NCBI GenBank assembly: GCA_965208675.1
Contig: OZ242351.1
Span: 1,888,001 to 1,952,000, forward strand
Reading direction: 5' to 3'
Source: Candidatus Poribacteria bacterium
GTDB taxonomy: Bacteria > Poribacteria > WGA-4E > PCPOR2b
DNA: 64,000 nt
This document shows, piece after piece, positions 39,496 through 48,824 of this stretch (position 1 is the stretch's first letter; every line of letters starts with the position of its first letter). The notes below the pieces were generated by a model, which saw nothing but the letters and a program-made list of their open reading frames with translations, ran no database searches and was not told where the DNA came from. The position numbers and the translations under genes are program-made.

Positions 39496-40554
39496 ATGAT
39501 GGGGCGAACAGGCAGAGCAGTTATAGCACAAGGACAAGATTTCGAGGTTCGCGAGTATCCCGTGCCGGATCCGGAACCGGATACCGTTCTACTCCGACAG
39601 GAATTGGCGGGCATTTGCGGCACTGACTTACACTTCTGGCAAAAAGGGTTCGACGAAGAGGTTTTATTGGGGCATGAGAATGTAGGGATTGTGGAGGCAC
39701 TCGGGAAGGACGTAAAGACTGACTACGTCGGCAATCCCATCCGTGAAGGGGATCGTGTCATATTCGCACCGGCAGCAGACGACGGCGGGTACGGTTTCCA
39801 ATATAATCCGGATAAACCGCCGCATTTTCGCGGCGGGTTCGCCGATTACATTTACCTCTGTTGTCCGCGTACCTGTTTCATCAAAACAGACCTGCCGCAA
39901 GAAGCAGCCGTGATGACGGAGCCATTCACCATCGGCGTACATGCCGTGATGCGCGCCAAACTGCAGTTTGGAGATACGGTTGTTGTTCAGGGTTCCGGCG
40001 CAATCGGGTTGGTGACGTTGGCGTGCGCAAAGGTCAGCGGCGCTGCGAAGCTGATTATGGTTGGCGGACCCGCAGAAAGGCTCGAACTCGCCAGCCGGAT
40101 GGGCGCCGATGTTACTATTGACATCGAGAAGGTAACGTCGGCGGCTGAACGTACCGAGCTAGTCAAATCACATACCCCCAAAAACGCCGGCGCAGATGTT
40201 GTCTTTGAGTGCGCCGGGTTCCTACCAGCCATCCCGGAGGGATTGGGCTACGTTAAGCACAGCGGCACGTTTTGTGAGGTCGGCCATTTTGTCGATGTCG
40301 GTTCAATAGACTTCAATCCGAACCAACTGCTGATGGTTAATAATATCCGTTTAGAGGCAGTATGGGGAAGCTGGGATGAACATTTTGTACGCGGGTTCCC
40401 AATACTTGAGAAAAACGAGTTTCCTTTCGCCGACATGGTGAGCCATAAACTACCGCTTTCCCGCGTCCGGGAGGGTTTTGATGCGCTGGATGGAAAGTAT
40501 CGGTTAGGCGGCGAAACGGTCATAAAAATCGCCGTTGATGCGCAAGCGGAGTAA
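39496..40554 (+). CDS. Zinc-dependent alcohol dehydrogenase family protein
   Basis: GICGTDLH, GHE, GSGAIG, DVVFECAG; AGGAG RBS; lacks the 4-Cys structural zinc loop. Confidence 0.92.
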   Translation: MMGRTGRAVIAQGQDFEVREYPVPDPEPDTVLLRQELAGICGTDLHFWQKGFDEEVLLGHENVGIVEALGKDVKTDYVGNPIREGDRVIFAPAADDGGYGFQYNPDKPPHFRGGFADYIYLCCPRTCFIKTDLPQEAAVMTEPFTIGVHAVMRAKLQFGDTVVVQGSGAIGLVTLACAKVSGAAKLIMVGGPAERLELASRMGADVTIDIEKVTSAAERTELVKSHTPKNAGADVVFECAGFLPAIPEGLGYVKHSGTFCEVGHFVDVGSIDFNPNQLLMVNNIRLEAVWGSWDEHFVRGFPILEKNEFPFADMVSHKLPLSRVREGFDALDGKYRLGGETVIKIAVDAQAE

Positions 40555-40620
40555 TCTTTTTTGTTAAATCTTCGACCTCTCCACGTTTGCTGGTCAACTT
40601 TTGACATTTTGCAGCCGAGG

Positions 40621-41589
40621 TTATTCTGTGCTTTTTTCTATTCTTTCAACAATGGCGCCAGCCAATAGCGGAATCATGATTTCGTGGTGTCCGGTAAAGG
40701 CAAACCCCTTTCCGCCGATGATTGTCGGGCGTTTGACGACGTTTTCTAGGGGACGGTACTGCTGAATCATATCGAAATCCGCAGTGGTGAAGTGGGTGAC
40801 TTGATGTTCGAGATTTCGAGCGATTGTTAGCGCCTTGAGAAAGACTTCGGGCAGTATAACTGCAGAACCGAGGTTCAGGATTACCCCGCCATCACCGAGT
40901 TCAGCGACGACCGCAGTCAATATTCGAAAATCTGTGAAACTAGCCTCTCCGATAGATGCACCATTTGCCAACGGGTGTTGATGAATAATATCTGTCCCAA
41001 TTGCGACATGCACGGTAACGGGAATGCCGAGCCGGCAAGCTGCGGCGAGAAGGCTCTTATCCTGAAATTGTGCGTCCAGTTCAATCAATTTTCGTCCCAG
41101 ACCTTCTCCCATACCGATTCCCTTGGCGGCTGCGTCGCAGATGGCTTCATTCATGAATCGCCCGGTTTCTTCAACCATGCCAAACTCACCGGACTGAAGG
41201 TATCGACCGACGTCTTCGGAAGTCTCTCCGATGAGGGCGATTTCAAAATCGTGAATGCTCGTTGCGCCGTTGCACACAAGGGCAGTGATAATGCCGCGCT
41301 CCATCAGATCGATTAGAACTGTGCTCAATCCACACTTGACCACATGTCCGCCCGCCATGACGATGATCGGCTTTTGCCGCCGATAAGCCGCGGCGATTAG
41401 ATCGACGAGTTCCAAGAGATCGGCAGCTTTAAGGATTTTGGGCAAGCATGATAGATATTCGCGAATTTCCGTGTGCGATGAAAGAGGAACGGCAAAATCG
41501 CGGACTGACACCTTGTTGATTCGATCGCGAATGGGATAAGTCTTTACGCCGTCGAGATTAACTGGCTTCCAATTCCTATTCTCTTTCAT
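40621..41589 (-). CDS. Conserved hypothetical protein with deoxyhypusine-synthase-like fold
   Basis: GGHVVKCG, NGATSIHDFE, GEFGMVEETG, HVAIGTDIIHQHP, GSAVILPEVFLK, GHHEIMIP. Confidence 0.7.
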   Translation of the reverse strand: MKENRNWKPVNLDGVKTYPIRDRINKVSVRDFAVPLSSHTEIREYLSCLPKILKAADLLELVDLIAAAYRRQKPIIVMAGGHVVKCGLSTVLIDLMERGIITALVCNGATSIHDFEIALIGETSEDVGRYLQSGEFGMVEETGRFMNEAICDAAAKGIGMGEGLGRKLIELDAQFQDKSLLAAACRLGIPVTVHVAIGTDIIHQHPLANGASIGEASFTDFRILTAVVAELGDGGVILNLGSAVILPEVFLKALTIARNLEHQVTHFTTADFDMIQQYRPLENVVKRPTIIGGKGFAFTGHHEIMIPLLAGAIVERIEKSTE

Positions 41590-41662
41590 TTCGAATTGAG
41601 GGAGGGTTCATTTCAAGAATCCTGATTTCCTATTCAACGATGCGGCGATGCGGCGGAATTGT

Positions 41663-42412
41663 CTAACGCTTCCCCGTCAATGGAACAAACCGGACGTGCA
41701 TAATCTGTTTAGTCACGACGGAACCGTCGGCTTTTTTTTGCACAAGCATCAGGGATTGCACCTGAAACCGCCCGCCGACGGGGATGCACATTATCCCGCC
41801 AGGCTTGAGTTGGCGCACGAGGGGCGGCGGGATGTGATCCGCAGCGGCAGTGACGATAATGGCGTCGAACGGCGCATGTTTTTCCCAACCGTAGTAGCCG
41901 TCTCCAATCTTCACCGTCAGGTTTTTATATCCGAGTCCTTCCAGCCGATTCTTAGCTTTTTGACCCAATTTTTCAATTATCTCAATAGTAAAAACATGGT
42001 CGACCAACTCCGCCAAAACCGCCGCTTGATACCCTGACCCCGTGCCAATTTCGAGCACCTTGTGCTCCTTCTTGGGTTTCAGAAGTTCGGTCATAAATGC
42101 AACAATGTATGGCTGCGATATAGTCTGATCGTATCCGATCGGCAGTGGGTGATCGGCGTAGGCGCGGGGTTTGTCCACCTCACGGACAAATTCATGGCGA
42201 AGCACACGCCGCATGGCGTCTAGAACCCGATCGTCCGTCACACCTTTTCGGGTACCCCGGACGCCGCGTTGGTCAATTTGTGTCGCTACCATATGGTCGC
42301 GCTTGGTTTTGTAATGCGTCTCACCGCGATCGCCAATGCTGAGTTGCGGTATGGCGGCAAATAGAGAACAGCCAAGCAGAAAAAAGATGTTGATAGCATA
42401 CCTCGGTTTCAT
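41663..42412 (-). CDS. pcm: Protein-L-isoaspartate O-methyltransferase with N-terminal signal-like sequence
   Basis: QTISQPYIVA, VLEIGTGSGYQAA, GDGYYGW..APFDAI, VRFVPL. Confidence 0.96.
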   Translation of the reverse strand: MKPRYAINIFFLLGCSLFAAIPQLSIGDRGETHYKTKRDHMVATQIDQRGVRGTRKGVTDDRVLDAMRRVLRHEFVREVDKPRAYADHPLPIGYDQTISQPYIVAFMTELLKPKKEHKVLEIGTGSGYQAAVLAELVDHVFTIEIIEKLGQKAKNRLEGLGYKNLTVKIGDGYYGWEKHAPFDAIIVTAAADHIPPPLVRQLKPGGIMCIPVGGRFQVQSLMLVQKKADGSVVTKQIMHVRFVPLTGKR

Positions 42413-42504
42413 GTCAAACCTTATTTATTACGTGATTGGGGATTGGTGCAGACCAGACCTAGCGTATCCTCGTTAACGTACTAAGGATTTATGGCTTAAA
42501 AAGC

Positions 42505-42879
42505 GCTTGAGTTGGGAATAAGCCGGGTTCTGTCCCCTAATTTGCTTTCGCGCATCAGGGTGACGATCATTCATCTGGGATTGATGTTTCCATCAACCTC
42601 ATGCGGCTCACCCGAGGACTAGGCGGGCGCACCTATACACGTCCTTCTATTTGGCCTTGCTCCAGGCGGGGTTTACCTAGCTCCCGATGTCGCCACCGGG
42701 ACTGGTGCGCTTTTACCGCACCGTTTCACCTGTACAACGCATAGTGCGTTGTAGTCTACTCTCTGTTGCACTTTCCATAGCGTCACCGCTCCTGGGTGTT
42801 ACCCAGCGCCTCGCCCTGCGGAGCCCGGACTTTCCTCATCCCGACTTTATCGGAACGCGACCATCTACCCAACTCAAGC
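42505..42879 (-). ncRNA. rnpB: RNase P RNA (bacterial type A)
   Basis: Minus strand GAGGAAAGTCCGGGCTC, GGAAAGTGCAACAGA, GGTAAACCCCGCCTGGAGCAAGGCCAA and ACAGAACCCGGCTTAT; P1 pairing GCTTGAGTTGGG / CCCAACTCAAGC. Confidence 0.98.
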
Positions 42880-42886
42880 TGCATAA

Positions 42887-42915
42887 ATAATAACATACCG
42901 CACTTTACACGTCAA
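42887..42915 (-). promoter_or_regulatory. rnpB sigma-70 promoter
   Basis: TTGACG-N17-TATTAT ending 7 nt before the P1 helix. Confidence 0.7.
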
Positions 42916-43170
42916 CTATCCGGCTGTGTACGGCGAATTATATTGCATGAGAGGTTCGCCTGTTTGCGTCAGCACTTGGTGGGAACGGAGGTTCATTTCA
43001 TCGTTATTTGCACAAAAAAGAACATTTTTCGTCAAAAGTGCACCGTTTAGTGCAAGATCCACGAAGAATGCGGATTTGCCTATCATACCGCTTGAAGGCT
43101 TTTCCCGACGCCGAATAACAAAATCCTGCCCGTACGCCTTGTTAGATCGTGCCTTCTACTCGCTAACAGA

Positions 43171-43268
43171 GACTAATTTGACGGGACTTATGGGTTTTGG
43201 CATATAATTTGCGCTCAATCCTAGTCGAGCACCTGATTCAGTTTTGATTACTTTGGCAACCGTGCAAT
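43171..43268 (+). promoter_or_regulatory. Duplicated upstream block copy 1 with sigma-54-type motif
   Basis: TTGGCATATAATTTGC (GG-N10-GC) at 43197-43212; highly similar to 44337-44429. Confidence 0.65.
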
Positions 43269-43447
43269 GAAACTATTCAAATAGGCGGTGGGCATTTCGC
43301 CAGTTGAAGATTCACCGTATTCAACTGTCCGGCATTGGCGGATAGCAAAACACTGTTTCATCAGTTGGAAAAGCGGTTCCGAAGTATTTGACAATATATT
43401 CCTTGAGCGGCACTGGCACAGCGTCACGTATGAAAGGAGATAAAGCG

Positions 43448-44311
43448 ATGAGGTTCATTTTGGTTTTTGCAACAATTTTCTATCTCGGTTGTGAACACGA
43501 CCACGCAGAATTTTCACTACTTGACCACACCCATCAAGAGTATCCGGAGCTAAGCCATGAACACGATTTTGTTATACATGAGCACCCTGTACCTACACAC
43601 TCGCATGACTTAATTAGACATGAGCATAACTACGCTACCCCCACGCATAATCACCCTTTAACCGAACATGGGCATTCTGAATTGGCTATTGATATTCAAA
43701 ACGCAGAAGCACAAATTAGAAGCCTTGAAAAATTCCGTGAGCATACACACGTAAACTTACACGGCCAAATTCTTGTTCACGACCATGACTCGACTAAGCT
43801 AACCTTTGACGTTTGCCCAATCCCAAACTTCGATAAAGACTGGCAAGGTAAAGCCTATTTTGACTTTGGGCGCATATCGGAATGGGATCGTCAGCCTACA
43901 GGTAAACTCATACTCTCCGATGGGCTATACGCGGCCTTAGTGGAAACTAGCTATCTCCATATAGAAGATGAAGATGGTAATAGATATAAAGGTCCCGCAA
44001 TTGTGATGGGTGGATATGTAAGTGTACCGACGCGTGTTCGCTTTACCCATTACGCCACGAATAGCACTGATGATGGTAGGTTAACCGCCGATGAAGTGCT
44101 TACGACTAACGTTAAAAATTCATGGTTAGGCTTAGACCATAATAACACAGATATCCAATACCAGATTAGCATACAAGAGCCAGACGTATTTAGGCGCGGA
44201 AGCTCCAGTTGGGGTTGCCAAGAAAATCATGAAAAATATGCTAGAGACCTCGTTGAACAATTTTTAGTTTTGGCGCAAGACCTGATTGACATAATGAGAG
44301 GAAGGCGGTAG
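43448..44311 (+). CDS. HxH-repeat lipoprotein, paralog 1
   Basis: AAGGAG RBS, lipobox YLGC, 10 HxH motifs, C-terminal domain shared with the next gene. Confidence 0.85.
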   Translation: MRFILVFATIFYLGCEHDHAEFSLLDHTHQEYPELSHEHDFVIHEHPVPTHSHDLIRHEHNYATPTHNHPLTEHGHSELAIDIQNAEAQIRSLEKFREHTHVNLHGQILVHDHDSTKLTFDVCPIPNFDKDWQGKAYFDFGRISEWDRQPTGKLILSDGLYAALVETSYLHIEDEDGNRYKGPAIVMGGYVSVPTRVRFTHYATNSTDDGRLTADEVLTTNVKNSWLGLDHNNTDIQYQISIQEPDVFRRGSSSWGCQENHEKYARDLVEQFLVLAQDLIDIMRGRR

Positions 44312-44336
44312 GATCGATCTCCGAATCGCGAACTGC

Positions 44337-44429
44337 GACTAATTTGAAGGGACTTATGGGTTTTGGCATATAATTTGCGTCCAATTCGAGCACCAGATTC
44401 AGTTTCGATAACTTTGGCAACCTTGCAAT
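44337..44429 (+). promoter_or_regulatory. Duplicated upstream block copy 2 with sigma-54-type motif
   Basis: TTGGCATATAATTTGC at 44363-44378. Confidence 0.65.
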
Positions 44430-44586
44430 TCAAACCGTTTAAATTTGTGGAACGCCACTTTTCTAGTTCAGAATCAACCTTGTACACATGACGGGGCGCG
44501 TGAAAAATGTACTATGAACAAGCAAAACGCCATGGTTACATTCTTTGGCCCAATCACATAGCTGCACGTAATGAAAGGAGAATACG

Positions 44587-45384
44587 ATGAAATGTGTATT
44601 TGTCGTCTTGGCAATTTGTCTATTAGGTTGCGGACATGAACATCCTGAATATATTTTGACTGATCAGGATCGCGACTTAATTGAACACACACATGATTAT
44701 GCGTCAATAGGTCATGAACACGATTTAACTGAACACAATCACGACTATGCCTCGATTTCCCATAAACATGAATCAGCCCTGATTGAACACACTCACCCCG
44801 CAGTTCGTTCACGGCTAAATCGGCTTGAGTTAAACCGCAACCATACCCACACCGATTTACACTCACGGATAAACACTCACGATCATGAGGTACCTCAGTT
44901 AACCTTTGATACATGCCCAATTCCGCATTTAAATACGGATTGGAAAGGGAAATCTGCTTTCTTCTATTTCCCTGATGACTCAGGCAATATCTTGCTGTCG
45001 AACGGCGAATACGGCGCGTTAGCAATAAGCAGTTACGGGAGACCCGGTGATTACGATTACGTAGTTGGCGGACCGGTGATTAACTCCATTCGAATTTCGG
45101 TAAGCCATAGGGGTACCGACAGCGGGAATGAACACGGTGAACCGATCCCAGACGGCGAATTGACAGATGCTGAGGTAACCGAGTATGACTTGAATAATTC
45201 TTGGGTCGGTTTGGACCGAGATCATGAAATCCTGTTGTATAATTTGGCAAGCCAAGGTGACCTAAGTGGAGCGTCCGCATCAATTACGTGCGTGCCTGAA
45301 GAGGAAAAAGAGGCGCCCGACCTTGCTTTAAGGCTTACTAATTTAGCAAAGGATTTAATCGATATAATGGAGAGAAGTGAATGA
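44587..45384 (+). CDS. HxH-repeat lipoprotein, paralog 2
   Basis: AAGGAG RBS, lipobox LLGC, 8 HxH motifs; LTFDxCPIP, NSWxGLD and LAxDLIDIM shared with paralog 1. Confidence 0.85.
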   Translation: MKCVFVVLAICLLGCGHEHPEYILTDQDRDLIEHTHDYASIGHEHDLTEHNHDYASISHKHESALIEHTHPAVRSRLNRLELNRNHTHTDLHSRINTHDHEVPQLTFDTCPIPHLNTDWKGKSAFFYFPDDSGNILLSNGEYGALAISSYGRPGDYDYVVGGPVINSIRISVSHRGTDSGNEHGEPIPDGELTDAEVTEYDLNNSWVGLDRDHEILLYNLASQGDLSGASASITCVPEEEKEAPDLALRLTNLAKDLIDIMERSE

Positions 45385-45834
45385 CACTATACGGTGTACA
45401 AATACGAATAACCGTGAGTGCGGCGAATAAACCAGATTGTGACGCCGTATAGGGGAAGGCGCACTGATGTAGCCTCCTACACGGTGATTATAACCCCTGT
45501 CATGGTCACCGAATTACCTGTTTTTGCCGCTTCGCATGGGTGTTCGCGGTTTCATACTCATGGTTGTCCGTGAGGAAAATAAATCGCGCCAGAAAGCTGA
45601 GAGTTTTTCTCGGACTCGGAACAGTCTGTCCACAACTCTTCTGTTTCCGAACGGTTGGCGTGCAGTGACTCGACAAAGCCACGTTGACTGAAGTGTTGCA
45701 TGCTTGCGTCCTCGCTGTATTGTTATGCCGAACGGCATGATGACATTGACTAGTTCTTTTCGAAACAGTGCAATCCGTCTGTATCTTGTGATTCTGTCCT
45801 CATCAGAAACCAGAATCCTTTCTAACCTCTTGCT

Positions 45835-46887
45835 TTATCGCTTCCGCATTTCCGGATATAACGGTTGAATCTCGGTCCCAAATTGCAGTTCTGAGACCGA
45901 TCGATAGCGTTTAGAGAGATCGATGACAAGATAGGTCGGTACACCGGGCGATGCACCGTACCCGGTAGTGAAAATCAGTTGACCCCCGCCAAGTTTCGCC
46001 ACGCCGTCTTGGACAAATTCTTTTGGAAAGTACCTCAGCGGTGTATGCCCAACAATCAACACGCCGCCGCCGATGTGTTTAAGAAAGGTGTCCGTTTCTG
46101 TAGGCGTGTGCCCGCCAGCCTGAACAACGATAGAGCGGCCCCAAAGCAATTCTTCAAGCACCTTTGAACTCGGTTGCACAAGGCTAGAAAGGTTTTTTAC
46201 GGCGCGCGAAACTCCAGCATGGACGCCAACAACGCCGTTTTTCCCGACCACAGCGGTTGGTAGATTAAATAGGAATTCATAATGTTCGTCCGTCATCCGC
46301 TCGATAAAATTGAACTGCCGGAAATATGCGCCTTGCGGACTTCGATAAAGCGAATCAATCAGTTGTTCACGGTTGGCTGCGGTCAATCCGTGTTTCTTGA
46401 GCAGTGCATAAGTGTTTGCGGCTTCGAACTCGTGATTGCCTTTGAGGCAAATCAACCGCTCCCCCAATGTTCCAAGTTGCTTCTTGAGTTGCATCAACTT
46501 GTCAACAATTTTCGTATCGCCGTGCGGTTCAAAAACCGGATCGCCCGGTTTGTGGTCTACAACATCACCGAGAATCAATCCGTACACATCCGCCCCTGAT
46601 TCAATCTGCGAGATCAAGCCTGTTCGGTCAAGCCACTGATTAAAGTCACGCCAATGCGCATGAAAATCCGCCGCAATGTACACCGTTCCGTGATCTGGGA
46701 GGATAATCAACCCGCCGTCGCGCACCAGTTCATTCGGGTAATCGGCAAGCTGCTTATTACGTTGGGACGGGTTTGATTCCAAAACTTTGGTGGAAGCGCT
46801 CAATCCCATTGCTAACAGGCAGCAGAGCGCCATCCAAGTGGACAGATGGAATCGAAGCGCCGCAGATTTCATCGAATTGTTCTCCAT
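45835..46887 (-). CDS. Secreted calcineurin-like metallophosphoesterase
   Basis: DFHA, GDVVD, GNHE, VHAG and GHT motifs after a signal-like sequence. Confidence 0.85.
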   Translation of the reverse strand: MENNSMKSAALRFHLSTWMALCCLLAMGLSASTKVLESNPSQRNKQLADYPNELVRDGGLIILPDHGTVYIAADFHAHWRDFNQWLDRTGLISQIESGADVYGLILGDVVDHKPGDPVFEPHGDTKIVDKLMQLKKQLGTLGERLICLKGNHEFEAANTYALLKKHGLTAANREQLIDSLYRSPQGAYFRQFNFIERMTDEHYEFLFNLPTAVVGKNGVVGVHAGVSRAVKNLSSLVQPSSKVLEELLWGRSIVVQAGGHTPTETDTFLKHIGGGVLIVGHTPLRYFPKEFVQDGVAKLGGGQLIFTTGYGASPGVPTYLVIDLSKRYRSVSELQFGTEIQPLYPEMRKR

Positions 46888-47095
46888 TGCGCCAATTGAA
46901 CGGAGGATGAGTTATTCGGCACGACTGGCAACGCAACGTAATGCGTTCCGCTTGTGCTCAATGCCGAATTGACCTAGTAAATTATATCCTAGCCAATTGC
47001 CATAATCAACAAGTTCGATGCGCCTTTGAAAAGATTGACCATGTCTCCGATTCCGGAAACGCCGCCTGCTTTTTCGCTTTGCCCTTCAATATACC

Positions 47096-47124
47096 TTGAC
47101 ATACTTTTTCTACTGACGTATTCT
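47096..47124 (+). promoter_or_regulatory. Putative sigma-70 promoter
   Basis: TTGACA-N17-TATTCT. Confidence 0.5.
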
Positions 47125-47251
47125 AGATTGCTAAATCTGAATCCACCGGAATCACACCGAAACGATTTTTCATGTAAACAACCCGCTGCCAATTTCAACC
47201 CATTTTCCCAATTCAGATTTTACTAACGGTCAAGTGTAGAAAGGGGAACTC

Positions 47252-48532
47252 ATGAAAGTCATTGATGTGGAACGCACTATTGTCGATGTGCCGTATACGG
47301 CGCGGCAGAGCCAGATTACCATTGAGAGTGTATCGACAGTTTATAACTGGTCTGTTTTAGAGATGTGTAAAGTAACCACTGATACCGGACATGTTGGATG
47401 GGGTGAGACGGTGATTCACTACACCTATGGACGCACCACTGACGAGAGTGTGCAGCGTGTCTTGGGCGAAAGTCCTGCCAAATGGATGAACGACGATTCG
47501 ATTGGCGCAGGTTTGCAGATGGCGCTCTTCGATGTTGTCGGAAAAATCCTAGAAGTGCCAGTCTACGAATTGATTGGGACGAAGGTTAGGGATACGGTTC
47601 CTATTTCGTGGTGGTCGATAGACGCTTCACCGCAAAAATGGGCGGCTGAAGCCAAAGATGCCGCGGCGTGCGGTTATACCAGCTTCAAAAATAAGGTTCG
47701 TCCGTGGTGGGACATCGTCGAACAGGTTGATGCAATTTGCAATGTTGTTCCCCAGGATTTCGAACTCGATTTAGATCCAAACGCTTCTTTCCGAGATGCA
47801 GCGACCGCAATACCTATCATGGAAAAGTTGGCTAAATACGACAACGTAGCCATGTTTGAAACACCAATACCGCAGGAACATATAGCAGACAATAAGCGAA
47901 TTCGTGCGGAGACAGACCGTCCGATCGCGATGCACTTCGGATCGCCGCCCTACACCGTCAACGTCAGGGAATCCGTGTGCGACGGGTTTGTTATCAGCGG
48001 CGGAAAATCCGATGTCGTGCGGCAAGGGTTGTTAAGCGCTGAGGCTGATTTGCCTTTCTGGTTGCAGATAGTGGGAACCGGATTGACGACTACTTGGGCG
48101 GGGCATCTGGGCGCAGTTCTCACTCACGCCACTTGGCCTGCGATTACCTGCATAAACATTTACAGCCATCACTTGCTGACAAAGCCTGTTGAAGTCGTCG
48201 ACGGATGCCACAGAATTCCGGACGCTCCCGGTTTAGGCGTCGAAGTTGACGAAGATGCCGTCGAAAGGTACCGCGTGCCTGATGAAAAGCTTGACGCCGA
48301 GGGGCTTTACAAACATCCGGATCCGAGGATTATCAAGACGGTCGTATATCCAGATGGCAGTTGTATCCACATGGAGGGCGACCGCCTAGAATATTTCAAT
48401 AGCGGCGAAGGCGAAGCCCAAGTAGAGGGTGCGCGTTTGGAGGTGTGGTACGACGACGGCTCAAGTGAGTGGACCAGTCTGTTCCGGCGAGTGCAGAAGA
48501 GTCCGGAACCAGGCCGGTGGCAGGTGCGATAA
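47252..48532 (+). CDS. Mandelate racemase/muconate lactonizing (enolase superfamily) enzyme
   Basis: TDTGHVGWGE, MALFDVVGK, KNK, DPN, FETP, PDAPGLGVEVD. Confidence 0.9.
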   Translation: MKVIDVERTIVDVPYTARQSQITIESVSTVYNWSVLEMCKVTTDTGHVGWGETVIHYTYGRTTDESVQRVLGESPAKWMNDDSIGAGLQMALFDVVGKILEVPVYELIGTKVRDTVPISWWSIDASPQKWAAEAKDAAACGYTSFKNKVRPWWDIVEQVDAICNVVPQDFELDLDPNASFRDAATAIPIMEKLAKYDNVAMFETPIPQEHIADNKRIRAETDRPIAMHFGSPPYTVNVRESVCDGFVISGGKSDVVRQGLLSAEADLPFWLQIVGTGLTTTWAGHLGAVLTHATWPAITCINIYSHHLLTKPVEVVDGCHRIPDAPGLGVEVDEDAVERYRVPDEKLDAEGLYKHPDPRIIKTVVYPDGSCIHMEGDRLEYFNSGEGEAQVEGARLEVWYDDGSSEWTSLFRRVQKSPEPGRWQVR

Positions 48533-48824
48533 GTTAGTCGGAACACCTATTACTTCGTCCGTGTTTTTTGTAGGGCGGCAAAATAATTATCGCGTGGACC
48601 AATTCAGATTAAACTCTGTACCCTCCCAATCGTCCATGTTTATAACACCAGTTCAACCAGCCGGAATTAGCAGGTCACTGCAAGGAAAGCGTGTGCGCTA
48701 AGCGCAGTCCCGCCTAAATGTCCTAATTCAAGGATTTGTAACTGTAAAATCCGCGGTTGGATTCTCGCCCAAAATTTGGCACGATTCGCCAAACCACAAC
48801 AAAAAACACAATGAGGTAGAAAAA

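Noticed and set aside
45514-45738. 74-aa minus-strand ORF
   Set aside because: No RBS or motif support; cannot be distinguished from a chance ORF.
48770-48795. TTGGCACG as a sigma-54 promoter for the VIT gene
   Set aside because: GC is not at the required 10-nt spacing from GG.
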